A stretch of DNA of 64,000 bases from Diplonema japonicum (taxonomy: Eukaryota > Protista > Euglenozoa: Diplonemea): NCBI GenBank assembly GCA_964019335.1, contig OZ025662.1, positions 620,001 through 684,000 of the forward strand, given 5' to 3'. How positions within the stretch are numbered: the first letter of the stretch is position 1; each line of letters starts with the position of its first letter. Under the pieces are notes generated by a model. It made no database searches and had not been told where the DNA came from. It was given only the letters and a program-made list of their open reading frames with translations. A program made the translations under genes and the position numbers. Shown here in pieces: positions 47,356 to 58,353 of the stretch.

Positions 47356-50300
47356 CTGACATATGATAAACGACCCCCAACCCCGCCGAACGGCCAACAC
47401 CCTAACCTAAACAATTTCATCAATCACAATTATAATCATCACCACACGATCACCCGGCCCCGGTCGAAGCACGACCCGAGGTTGCTCTCCGACAGAGAAT
47501 CGAAGCAACTGGTCGAGGATGGGGTGGAGCCAAACCCGGGACCCGGACCGGCGAACGACGAGTTGGAGAGACGCGGAACGCGTGCTCAGAGATGACGAAT
47601 GGGGCAGGCAGTACACCAGCTTCTGGGGGAAACCGCAGCCAGGCAGGAAGGCAAACGAGATCTCGTCGCTAACAATCGCCAAACGGGGAGGGCTGGGAAC
47701 CCTGGTGAAGAGACCCCGAACGGCGATAAAATGCGAGACTCCAGGACCCCACAAGGACAGATGGACTCATGTGAAGATTTCCCTGGATGCAGGAAAAAGG
47801 TGGCTTCATGTGATCAACGTGTACTGCCACTCAGGGCAGGACCCGGTAATGAAGAACGCCAGGGAGGAACTACTACACCACATCCTGCAACGCGTGAGGT
47901 TCGATCTGGGAGAGGTACCAGTTGCGGTGGTCGGAGACTTCAACACTGACGAGGAACGATCACCGACGCTGAGAAGGGCACTCCAGAGAGACTGGGTGGA
48001 TGCAGCTGAGTTCTGTGCCAAGAAGAGAGGACAGGAGCCGGAGAACACCTTCGTCAGGTCCAATTGCGGCACGAGGATCGACCGGATCCTGTTGAACAAC
48101 ATCGCGGCTCAAGGATTGATACACTGCGGGATAACGGAGGAGGTGCTCGGATCAGACCATCGCTGCCTGTCACTAAAGCTTAACATCCCAGCATATCGAC
48201 AACTCGTCATGAGGTACAACATACCACAAGAGATCCCGAAGACGAAGAAGGCACCGCCGGGGACCGCAGTGAACCTCATGGACAACTCCAACTTCCGGAA
48301 ACTGATAGAAGAAGGCAAGACGACAGACGCTTTCTTGGTAATCTCAGGCATAGCGGAGAAATACCTGCTGCACAACTACGGTGGACCTCAGCGAGGGATG
48401 TTTGTAGGGAGAGGGAACATCCGCAAACCGGTGCTGACAGAACTAAGTGCGAGGTCGTCGACCCAGGCTGGAGGGGCAATCCCGACGAGACAGATGCAAC
48501 TGGAGAAACTCAAAAAGAAGATCGGGATCGCCAAAGAAAGGATGCATGCTCAGCTGGAGGAGGGATACCATGGCCCACTGCCGACGGAAACGAGGAACAT
48601 CCTTAAGAACATCTCGCAACTGGGGGCGGCGCTCAAGGTGGAATACTGCAGATAGATGCGACAGAGGGTTTCGATGCAATCTGGGAGAACCTAGACATAG
48701 CGGGGGACTTCGTCGAGGGGGAGAGATCCGAACTCATCGCCCACCGGAAAGAGTGCCAGAAAAAAGCTTACGAGCGGTCCATACGCGCAGACTTTGGGGA
48801 CGAGCGAAAGCACATCACAGCGTGGGTGAAGGACAGCCCGGAACAGAAAACGGAAGCAGTGAGCACGGAGGAGGGAGTGACGGCAAACCTGCGGGAAATG
48901 GACGCGGTGATGCGAAAGGCGTGGTCAGCGATTTTCTGTGCACGGGAACCAAAGGATGAGCCACAATTCGAAACGTTCAGAAAGAAATACGCAAACTTCA
49001 TCGGGGAAAAACCAATGCCGCAGAGCGCGATAGACGCTGACCTCCTGAAAGAGGTAATCAGGAAAAAGCCTGACAAAGGAGCGTGCGGAGTGGATGGATG
49101 GCGCATCAGCGAGCTGAAGCGACTGCCGAAGCCCATCCTCAGCGGATTCGCGGATCTCTTCAACCTCGTTGAGAGAACAGGACAATGGCCGGAGCAGATC
49201 ACAACAGCCCTGGTAACGCTCACACCGAAAGGGGAGGGGTCGGCACCCCTAAACCACCGGCCAATCACGGTGACCAGCACCATCTACCGGCTGTGGGCAA
49301 GCGCGAGACTGAAGCAGGTGCTAGGCTGGCAAGAGCGGTGGATCACGCCAAATCAGCACGGATTCAGGCCTAAGCACAGCACGACTTCAGCTCTGATGGA
49401 ACTCTGTACAAAGTTGGAACTAGCACTAGTCGAGGGAGAACCACTCCAAGGAATAGCCCTTGACTTCAGCAAGTGCTTCGACATGGTACCGCAGAGACTA
49501 TCACTGGACCTGATGAGTGCAATGGGCCTGGCAGAACCAATAAGGAGAGCACTCCAAGGGATGTACAACCAGATTTCAAGGAGGTTTAAGTTCCCGATTG
49601 GAGTGGGCGACCCGTTCGAGGCAACCAACGGCATCCTCCAGGGCTGCCCATTGTCGGTGATCATCATCAACGCGCTGCTTTCTGTGATGATCAAGACGAT
49701 GGAGGCAGCGGGGGTGGACGTTGTAGCCTACGCGGACGATGCATACCTCCTGGCGAAGCTCCGCTCGATTCTGCAGGCAGGGATAGATGGCGCACTGGAG
49801 TTCTGCACCCTAACAGACATGAAGCTGAACGACACAAAGACCGTTGCCTTCGGCACGGCGAGAGGGTTCAAATCCGAGGTCTTGGGGAACAGAAAGGAGA
49901 GCCGGAAGGGCGTTGAGGTCACTGTGCCGTACAAAACGGTAAAGAGCCTGAAGGCACTCGGGGTGCAGCTGAGCATGGAAGCAGGAACGACATGGAACGC
50001 CCCATCGACCAAAGCATTCGGGTCCCTGGATAGACTGGGGAACACGAACCTGGCCTTCGAAACCAAAGCGCACTTTGTGAGCTCGTCGATACTGCCCTCC
50101 TGCCTATACGCGAGCCCCTTCTCACCGCCGAATAAGGAAACGATCAAGAAATTGACGACGAGGATCACAGTATGCCTATGGGGCCCCCACCACCGTGGCC
50201 GCTCGCCTATTGCTGTGAATGCAGTCCTGCTGAAGGGACACCAACGACCCTACCTCATTAGTGGCCCGAAAACCGTTCCGCTCGACCCGGCAAGTGAGGA

Positions 50301-51183
50301 AGAGGAACCGGACAATGATGACTTGAAAAGAGAGGACGGGAGACCACCCGGAGAGACAATGCTTCCTCAGAATTATAGATGCGACATATGCACAGCAGTA
50401 CACCAGAACACAGTGACGCTGCTACGGCACCAGCTGTACGAATGCCCACTTGCGCTGGAAGAGCTGGCGAGGGACGGGTTGGAACCGCTACGCGACAGGT
50501 CGGGCTGGCCTCTCTGCCTGGAACTGCACGGGATCTTGCCGAGGGGGCACGGATTTGCACACCTGGAGAGGTTGCAGAGGTACCTGGCGATGATAGTAGC
50601 AAAACGTGATGAAGAACTGATCCAAGTGGAGGATTTTGGAGGAGAACTGCCGTGGGAACGGAAAGTGGTAGGAGTAAAGCACTTGACGCCGACGTTGGAA
50701 CAGCTCGGGACGACAAGTGGGATACTGCGGATGTACGCGGAGTCGCTGTTGAAATGGATGTCGGAGCTAAGATGGGTTAAAGAAGACACGACGTCGGAGG
50801 TGACGGCGGTGGAGTTAGCCCTAGACTTCGAAGCGACGACACGAAGATCGCTGGGAATGACGCAGGATGAAAAGGCGCGAAGGATCAAGAAACTGATCCA
50901 AAAGGTGAACGACAGGTGCGCATTACAAGGAAGGAAAAGGCCTTTCCCGGCGAAGAACAAAACGAGAGTGAAGTCCCTCATGGCAATAGGAGGGAAGGCG
51001 GCGATAGGCTTTGCAAGGAGACCGATCTTCGCCTCACGAGAAACCCAGGACAGGCTAAGAGAGCTGAAGACCAACCTGAAGAAGGACCGCATCAACCGTC
51101 TGCGAAAGACACTGGTATCCGCCATCGGAACGAAAGCGAGGCTCCAAAAAGGAAGCATCGAGATAGACCCCCACCCCCCCTAA
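47356..51183 (+). pseudogene. Element B ORF2: 2A-like motif, APE endonuclease, reverse transcriptase and Zn knuckle; frameshifts near 47555 and 48650-48720
   Basis: GVEPNPGP; INVY, VGDFN, TRIDRIL and SDH (APE); RPITV, QHGFR, LDFSKCFD, GILQGCPLS and YADD (RT); CDIC..H....C. Confidence 0.93.
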
Positions 51184-51689
51184 GGGTGGTCCTCGAGTGG
51201 GATTTGCCCTTAAACATCGCCTTTCTTTTTTGAAAATCGCAAAGAAACATCGAAATTTGTATCGAAATAAATCGCGGAACCTATGATTTCTCTTTTTTTT
51301 TTTCCCCCTCGCCCATTCCTATTTTCCCATTCCCATTCCCATGTCCACTTCTTCAGCTGCGTCTGCTTGCTTCCTTCTATCTGTTTCACCCTTTATTGTA
51401 TTTTCGTTTCCTTCTTTTTTTATTTAGTTATTTACCTCATATCTCAACAGTTGTTCTCACGATAACGGCTACAGGGGTAAAGGGAACACTGAAACCCTTC
51501 TAATCGAAGTACTCAAGGGAGGGAGGGGGGGGGGGGGGGGGGGGGGGGCTGTCGAACACTTAAGAGTTATGGAGCGCTGTGCTTTCTTTATCTCTTCTTT
51601 TTTTTCTTTCTTTCGCCTACCTTATTCTGTGCTATTTCCTTCCCCCCGCCCTTCCCATTTATTTATTTGTGTGGTGCAGCTGAAGGGCG

Positions 51690-53195
51690 ATGCTGGACAT
51701 CAAGAGGGGAGGATATCATTACAAACAAAGTAGGGAGGGGAGTGTACCCCTACAGAAAATGATGGGCAGCAACAGACCGAAGGTGATGAACGACAGGCGG
51801 GGAGCTTTGGAGATGCGTGTGAAGTTGCTTGAGGCGCAGATGAGAGAGATCAGGAGTGATTTAGATGACAGCAGAGAGGAGGAAGATGTGATGGAGGAGG
51901 AGATAATGCAGCACACGCCGACACCGAAGAGATCGAGAAGCAGGAAGAAGGAGAGAAGGAACCTTAACTACAGCAAGGTATCGCCTATCAGAGTGCGCAG
52001 GGAGGACATGTTCCCAAAGGCAAAGACACCCCGTGGGAAGAAGCCCTGGTGCTCCACTCCAGGCAGTGGGCTTCGTGACTACCGCGAGTCGTATAAGTAC
52101 ACCCCCCGCCATGGCACTAGCTCTGGTCCCTCACCCGACCTGTTCACGCAGCTGTCCTCATACGCAGATGGCGAGGAGGTGTTCTACGATGAGCCGTACT
52201 ACACTGCTCCGCCCCCGCCGCAGCCTATCGCGTGGCTGGACAATGTCCCTGCTGTGCATGAGGTGCCGACACCACAGTTTGAATATCAGCAGCGGTACCT
52301 CCACAGCCCCGCCACGTCACCACCACGTGAGGTCATCCGCGAGATGGTGCGGGAGGCCATCCAAGAAGACCAAGACGGGGTGCCTGCCTTGTATGACAAC
52401 CCGAGCCCCCCTGAGCCGACTAAAGAAGAGAGCCCCCGGACGCAGAGGTTTTATCATTTCCAGAAGCCGCAGTTGCAACCGTCTGTGAGCCCTCCGAGGC
52501 CCGCGACGCCGCCGAGGCAGACGGTGCAGACATCTGTGGAGGAGGTATCGCCTCCGCGAGAGGAGGTTGTTTTGAAGCTACCATTACCGTCGCCGCCATC
52601 GCCGTCGAACAGCGTGGGGACAGGGACGGAGCCGCAGCACTCGTTCATGCACACCCAGGGTACGGGGATGGACGGGGACAACATGAAGCACACGGCAGGG
52701 GTGCAGACAGACAACGACAACGAGGTGTCGGTGGCGACGGTGCCCAGAGTGACGAAGCCCAGGCCCAACCTGCCGGACCTGCTCCCCACGGACTTCCCTA
52801 TGGATTCCAGCATGCAGAGCGCGCTCACAGCGAGGAGTGCAGCAACGTACATTAAGTCACCGCCGCACCTCATCACAGGAGGCCCACGGGCAGGAGGGCT
52901 TGGCAGCCGCCGGGGCAGCTTGGGTAGCAGCACTGTGAAGTCTGCCCCCACTTCGCCACGTACAGGCAGCAAGGCCCCTCCAGGACATTCTTACTCAAAA
53001 TCCCCTACCTTGGCCTCGAGACGGCATTCCCTTTCTATGTCAGCCTCGAAGGGCCCCCTCCCCCCTCCCACCAAGTCCCCTCCTGTTTCGCCACCGAGAA
53101 GTCGTTCGCAGAGGTCCGTCTCAGCAACCAGGCACTCTTCCCTCTCGTCCCCCACCAAGGTGAACCCACCCCCTCCCGTTGCTCCGCTGGGTTAG
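51690..53195 (+). CDS. Hypothetical Pro/Ser-rich low-complexity protein
   Basis: 501-aa ORF with ATG start. Confidence 0.75.
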   Translation: MLDIKRGGYHYKQSREGSVPLQKMMGSNRPKVMNDRRGALEMRVKLLEAQMREIRSDLDDSREEEDVMEEEIMQHTPTPKRSRSRKKERRNLNYSKVSPIRVRREDMFPKAKTPRGKKPWCSTPGSGLRDYRESYKYTPRHGTSSGPSPDLFTQLSSYADGEEVFYDEPYYTAPPPPQPIAWLDNVPAVHEVPTPQFEYQQRYLHSPATSPPREVIREMVREAIQEDQDGVPALYDNPSPPEPTKEESPRTQRFYHFQKPQLQPSVSPPRPATPPRQTVQTSVEEVSPPREEVVLKLPLPSPPSPSNSVGTGTEPQHSFMHTQGTGMDGDNMKHTAGVQTDNDNEVSVATVPRVTKPRPNLPDLLPTDFPMDSSMQSALTARSAATYIKSPPHLITGGPRAGGLGSRRGSLGSSTVKSAPTSPRTGSKAPPGHSYSKSPTLASRRHSLSMSASKGPLPPPTKSPPVSPPRSRSQRSVSATRHSSLSSPTKVNPPPPVAPLG

Positions 53196-54427
53196 GAGGC
53201 AACCCTTTGCCGCTCTTTGTATGTAAACAGACTTATTATATTCGCTTATAATTAATTGTATGGCCCCTTCCTCCTATCATATTTTGTCTCTTTCTCTGCC
53301 CCTCCACCCTAGTTTTCATTCTTCTCCTCCCTTATCTTTGTGAACAGCGGGAACATCCCTGCACACTATCGAGTTCCTTTTTGTATTCTTCGTGGGTTTT
53401 AAAAAGAAAAATGATTTATTGGTATTCTTACACACAAGATGAAGTGATTGTCGTTGGGCGGTTTTGTTACATATTGCAGGTCCCCTTTCTTCTTCATGTG
53501 TTAATTTTTACTAAAACTATTCACCGGCAGTGTGGGTGGCACTGGTGTGCAAACAAAGAAGAACGAAACCAACGAAGATTCTGGCACAAACGTGATGTAC
53601 TAGTGCAAAATCACCAAAATAGTTTTTTATGATAAGAAGGGAGAGAGGAGAACGAAAAAGATGGCAGACCGAGGCAGAGAAGGAGACATGATCATTCCGT
53701 GAGTGTTTGTCCCCTTTCCCTCTTTCTCCTCCCCCCCCTTTTTTTTTCCTTTCCATTGTATCTCGTTATGTCTCTGTTTCCGTTTTCCTTAGTTGTGTGT
53801 TTTTCATTATTCTTTTTTTATTGTTTCCCCCCTGTGCCTCCGTTTGCCCCACCTTTGGTTGCAAAGGCAGGTCTTTGGCCTGCCTGAGCAAAAGGGGAAT
53901 TACGTGTTTTGGGTTGTGAGCTACAAGCTTCTGGCCAGTACACTTAACTTGTATCTTTCAAAATAAAGGCTTTTTAAGAAGTTTGGTTTTAGAATGAACC
54001 CTGTGCCCTATGCTGGGAAGCAGTGTGGCAAAGGCAAAAAGATCATTGATGTTTATCAGCCCCCCCCCCCCCCCCCCCATTTGCAGGGACGCATTGTATT
54101 CAATTTATCACCTTGATTCCAAAAAGAGTTTTTCTTTTGTTTATGCAACAGTGAAGGGCCAGTTCCTCTTGACATCTTTTGTTGCCAAAACAAGAAAAAA
54201 GGAAGGGCGGCTAGCATGTTTTTTGTGTGTTGTTGCTAAGGGAAACAACAAATGAAATAATAAAATAACTGAAAGAAGTCAGCGCAATTTTTCCTCCCAA
54301 CGTGTACAGTGCTCCATTTGCAAGCAGCTCCAAATAACTCAGTCCCCTCCCGTTCCTAGTCATACAGTGTTTATCCTTTTTTTTTTTTTTTTCCTCCTTG
54401 CTTTTTGTTCTTCCTCCCATAGAGTCC

Positions 54428-55810
54428 ATGAAACACACAACAGTTTTCGTCCCTTTAAGAAAAAACGAACACATGCCGATCCCGGTGCAGGTAGTGAACA
54501 TCGTGAGGGACAATATACAACGAAAGCACGGGGACTTGAAGAAAGGTTACACCGCGATGAAAGGCGATCTACTAAAAGCAGTCAAAGACCTGGCAGGGGG
54601 CTATGCAGACATGGTGGTTGAAGATGACCCCGAGGCACTCATGGAATTCTTCATCAAAGGGAGAAAGTCCGACATGGTCCCCCTAGGCCACCGTGCTGCT
54701 GTGGACCCTTTAGGAGTGCTGGGCAGGGAGACTGCGTTGAGGGTGATCAAGAGCAGCACCGCGATGACGACGTTACCTGCGAAGTTCGTGTCTAGTGTTC
54801 TACAAGAGGGGGTCTGGAAGGACATGGAGAGCAAGGAAATGCTGCGCTGTGGGGTTGCTGAGAAAGTGGATGAGGAGGCTTTCCTCGAAGGTGTCGTGGT
54901 GTCCTTCACAACTATTGATTTCAAAATGAAAACGGCAAAGAAGCCGGGCGATCGGTTCACCCACATCCTCACCCCACGGGGCACGGGGGGTTCCGTTCAT
55001 TGGAGAACCGTGCTAGCGTCGTGTGAGCACCAGAAGGTGTCTCATCTATGCGTTTTCAAGCGATGCTCTGAGGCGGACGTGGCGGACCTCAGTGACGCAG
55101 CAGCGTGCTTCCCTTGCTTCAGATACCTCAAGGAGGTCTGGGTTCCTTGCGGGACGGTTTCTTCCCCGTTTTTCTTCCGTGTTGTTGCGCACTCCGACGC
55201 CCCCTCCACCGTGTTCAGCAGGCTCGCCACCATCCGCAACAGCAACGTTGCGAAATACCTTGAAGTCAGCCCTGCAGCCTTCATCTCCGGACAGTACGAA
55301 AGGGACCTTTACGAAGACTCTTTAAACACCACACTGCGTGTCACCGGCTGGGAGTGGGGAGTCCCAAAGGTGCTTGAAGTCGGCGACACAGCAAGACAGG
55401 ATGCGGAAGCACTTCGCACAGCGCAGGACACTGTGCTCTACTACCAGTCCCTGCTGCAAAGCGCCGATAGGGAAATCGAAGAAGTCAAGACGCTCATACG
55501 GCCCAAGGGCTCCAAGAAGAAGAACACTAACACGAGCGGTGCCTACCTCGGGCTTGAGGCATTCGACGCCCCTGAGGGGATCAAGGTGCACAGCGTCGTG
55601 CCCTTCACCCCCGCTTACTACGCTGGCATCCCACGCGACAGCATCGTCACCGCCATCGACACCACTTTAACTCCTACTATCCAGCACATGTCTGCCTACC
55701 TAGCTTCCTCCCCCCCCTCTCCCGTCAGCCTCCACCTCACCACCCCCGCAAAGTTATCTCAGATCGTACCGCTCGAGCTCGAAACACCGCCAGCAGGAAG
55801 GCTGGGGTAA
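54428..55810 (+). CDS. Hypothetical protein with a C-terminal PDZ-like domain
   Basis: AYLGLE...EGIKVHSVVPFTPAYYAGI..DSIVTAID fits the PDZ pattern, preceded by a coiled coil. Confidence 0.7.
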   Translation: MKHTTVFVPLRKNEHMPIPVQVVNIVRDNIQRKHGDLKKGYTAMKGDLLKAVKDLAGGYADMVVEDDPEALMEFFIKGRKSDMVPLGHRAAVDPLGVLGRETALRVIKSSTAMTTLPAKFVSSVLQEGVWKDMESKEMLRCGVAEKVDEEAFLEGVVVSFTTIDFKMKTAKKPGDRFTHILTPRGTGGSVHWRTVLASCEHQKVSHLCVFKRCSEADVADLSDAAACFPCFRYLKEVWVPCGTVSSPFFFRVVAHSDAPSTVFSRLATIRNSNVAKYLEVSPAAFISGQYERDLYEDSLNTTLRVTGWEWGVPKVLEVGDTARQDAEALRTAQDTVLYYQSLLQSADREIEEVKTLIRPKGSKKKNTNTSGAYLGLEAFDAPEGIKVHSVVPFTPAYYAGIPRDSIVTAIDTTLTPTIQHMSAYLASSPPSPVSLHLTTPAKLSQIVPLELETPPAGRLG

Positions 55811-55976
55811 TTAAATTATTTCTCCTCTGTTCTATCTCTTTTTCTTTTTCTCCCTGCTCGTTTAGCCCTCCCTATAGACTTGTGTGCACTGGGCTACACG
55901 CTGCATCTTCCTTGTTACACGCTATATCTTTCCTTACATATCCTTCCCCGTTGCTAACCCATTAATTAAGGTACAG

Positions 55977-56663
55977 ATGGTACGGCACATGTCGTACGGG
56001 ACGACAACGGAGCGGGAAGTGCTCCTGGGGGACAAGAGGGGTGCGGGGCATGTCAACCCCTTCGCGTCTGCGTCGTACGAAGCACGGTCGAAGCAGCAGA
56101 GGAACGGGGTGCAGAGAATGGCGATGGTGCTGGCCGCATGCGTGATGTGTTCGTTTGTATTTGGAAGGCTCACAGCACCAGCACAGGCGAAGCAAGAGGA
56201 GGGCAACCTTTACGAAGTGATGCTTCCACCATGTGCATCACGAGAGGCAGCAGAGCCTGCACACCTTCTGGTATCCTTCAATGCCCAAAAGGTTTCAATG
56301 TACACTGTAAGGAACGATGAGGTCACCTATGTGTCGAAGCACCTCTCAGGACCCGTAACATTCACCCTTCACAACAGCATTGTCACGCTGGGTACACCCT
56401 CGAGTGGACCGCTGCTGAACGGGCGTCTCTTGATTCCTGAAGCCACAGTACACCCCCTTACACGAATCACTATCAGATCGGTGACCTCACCTCCTGTGCT
56501 TTACTTTCTTGTGGCATCTCCTTCACCTTGTAACTATAATGTTTCGCTGCCTGTATATGACTGGTCAACAGTGCCCAACACCTTCTTAGAGCACCACTCC
56601 ACCAACGCCACTTTAAACCTATCCACTTACCGATACACGTTCTCTTCAGCTTCAGTGGTATAA
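55977..56663 (+). CDS. Hypothetical single-pass (type II) membrane protein
   Basis: TM segment MAMVLAACVMCSFVFG after a short N-terminal tail. Confidence 0.6.
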   Translation: MVRHMSYGTTTEREVLLGDKRGAGHVNPFASASYEARSKQQRNGVQRMAMVLAACVMCSFVFGRLTAPAQAKQEEGNLYEVMLPPCASREAAEPAHLLVSFNAQKVSMYTVRNDEVTYVSKHLSGPVTFTLHNSIVTLGTPSSGPLLNGRLLIPEATVHPLTRITIRSVTSPPVLYFLVASPSPCNYNVSLPVYDWSTVPNTFLEHHSTNATLNLSTYRYTFSSASVV

Positions 56664-56988
56664 GCGTGCATTCTGATGTTGCTTGGAGAAGCAGCATCGG
56701 TAGGAAACGCGTGACCACCCCCCCCCCCCCCCCCCCCCCTATGGTTAAGTAGACTTTTCATATGTGGGTTTGGATAATGCCACTGAAGTCAGCGAACAGG
56801 GTTGTTTGTGCTTTCGAGCATCATATCACGTATGCACAAAGTGGAGAAGAAGAAGAAAAAGAAAGTTTTTCCGTCGGGAGAATATTTTAAGTAGTTCTGT
56901 TCCTTCTTTCTTTTTTTTCTTGCTGCTGCATTCCTATTTAATTATCACCACCACCACTGCAGGTTTGGTTTTTTTTTTTTTTTTCTAA

Positions 56989-57029
56989 AGGTGATCCTGT
57001 CACATACTGCAGGTTCCCTTCAAAAGACA
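56989..57029 (+). repeat. Dispersed repeat T3: solo copy of the element A 3' tail (7221-7259)
   Basis: Exact 21-nt core GATCCTGTCACATACTGCAGG plus similar flanks. Confidence 0.8.
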
Positions 57030-57171
57030 CGCTTTTTGTTTTCCCCTCAACTTCTGTCCCAGTCTGTAATCATTTTGTATCACTCCAACCTAACCTGTCA
57101 AGGTAGGTTTAGAAACTATATAAATACCCCCCCCCCCCCCCAACCTAATCCTTCGCCATTCTTCGATATAA

Positions 57172-57918
57172 ATGGGCTGTGGACAATCAGGCAGCGCACA
57201 GAAAGCATATGTCATGCAGCCCGATCTTCAAGAAGACGACGACGTATGTGGGATGGGGGTTTTTTTTTTTCTTCTTTTTTTTTTTGTTTTTTTTTTTCAA
57301 ACACACACACAATCTCAGTGTGACAGCATAGATGATGATTTTTCGTGGGGTCGGGAGAGTGATGGCGAGGTTATACCCGAACCAAGCCCTACACTGAATA
57401 AAGTACGGCATTTAAAGTTGCACATCAAAGGGAAGCTCAAACTTCTAAGATCCCCCAGGGAAGAAGTACCAGTGCCGCGGAAATCATCAAAAATCGAGAG
57501 AAGCGTGAACAAATGGATGGCTGGGCTAACCGACGAGCAGCGACGTTTGAGCACGCCTAGGAGAGGGTCTGTGATCCCCCATTCTGATGTGTTTCAAACT
57601 TTCGACGAAAATGAAGATTTACCTGAAGCACCGGACGCAAGAGGAGAAGCTACGCGACTGACTGATAAAAAACGGCTCGGGAAACACCAACGTCTTCTTG
57701 AACAGAGTAAAAGCAGCTCTTTCGTCCTGCCTTCCAAGAAACACTCTTTAGCTTCGCCTCACTCTTCGCCAAGGGAGAATGTTAACCCCGAGGGCCATAG
57801 CAGTGATGATGATTTGGCGGATGAAGCCCCGAATGCCGTAGAGGCCCTCCATATGACTAAGGCTAAGCCTTCTATGCAGAATCGCCGGCTTCAAACTCTC
57901 GTCAATACATCCCTTTGA
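57172..57918 (+). CDS. Hypothetical protein with an MGCxxS dual-acylation N-terminus; in-frame intron 57244-57318
   Basis: MGCGQS; the poly-Phe stretch in the ORF is a GTATG..CAG intron. Confidence 0.7.
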   Translation: MGCGQSGSAQKAYVMQPDLQEDDDVCGMGVFFFLLFFFVFFFQTHTQSQCDSIDDDFSWGRESDGEVIPEPSPTLNKVRHLKLHIKGKLKLLRSPREEVPVPRKSSKIERSVNKWMAGLTDEQRRLSTPRRGSVIPHSDVFQTFDENEDLPEAPDARGEATRLTDKKRLGKHQRLLEQSKSSSFVLPSKKHSLASPHSSPRENVNPEGHSSDDDLADEAPNAVEALHMTKAKPSMQNRRLQTLVNTSL

Positions 57919-58353
57919 CACTCCTTTATTTTTTCTCTCTTTTTTTATTTTGGACGTCGGGGTGCAGGAGACTGATGAACATGCCCCGTAGTCTGACCTC
58001 CGCCGATGGCACCAGCCAGAGCCCTCAAACGGGGATGAAGCCAAGCCAACTACCCCGGTGAGCGCAAAAAACGCATAACTAAACCCAAGATTAGTTTTTT
58101 TTTTTTTTTTCCGCTGGTATTTTTTTTTATTATTATTATTTTTTTTTTATGGCTTCAAAAAAAGAGAAAAAAAAAGAAATCGCTGTTTGTGTTTTCCAAC
58201 ACAGAAATACAATCGATGTTTTTCTTTTCCTTCTTCATTTTGTTTTCTTCTCAAAAAAAAGAAGTTCCCACCCCCTTTAATTTTACAAGCAAAAAAAGAA
58301 AAAGCCTCTAATTCTGTTTTCCTCTTCAGGTTTAAAAAAGAAAAGAAAAGAAA

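Larger units (their letters stand above)
44903..51510 (+). mobile_element. Element B: near full-length APE-type non-LTR retrotransposon with SL-derived head, inactivated by frameshifts and deletions
   Basis: SL 3' half at 44903-44918, purine-rich 5' UTR, ORF1, APE, RT, Zn knuckle and pyrimidine-rich 3' UTR; the 3' boundary is approximate. Confidence 0.92.

Noticed and set aside
45160-48830. Programmed frameshifting to explain the element B frame changes
   Set aside because: No slippery heptamers at the junctions, and domain pieces are missing; decay or assembly error is simpler.
44860-51590. TSD or terminal inverted repeat around element B (ACAGCGCT / AGCGCTGT)
   Set aside because: Only 8 bp around a palindromic core and not at defined ends; likely chance.
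57955-58070. CTGATGA..CTGA island as a hammerhead ribozyme or C/D snoRNA
   Set aside because: No GAAA core with matching stems, and the C-to-D spacing is too short.
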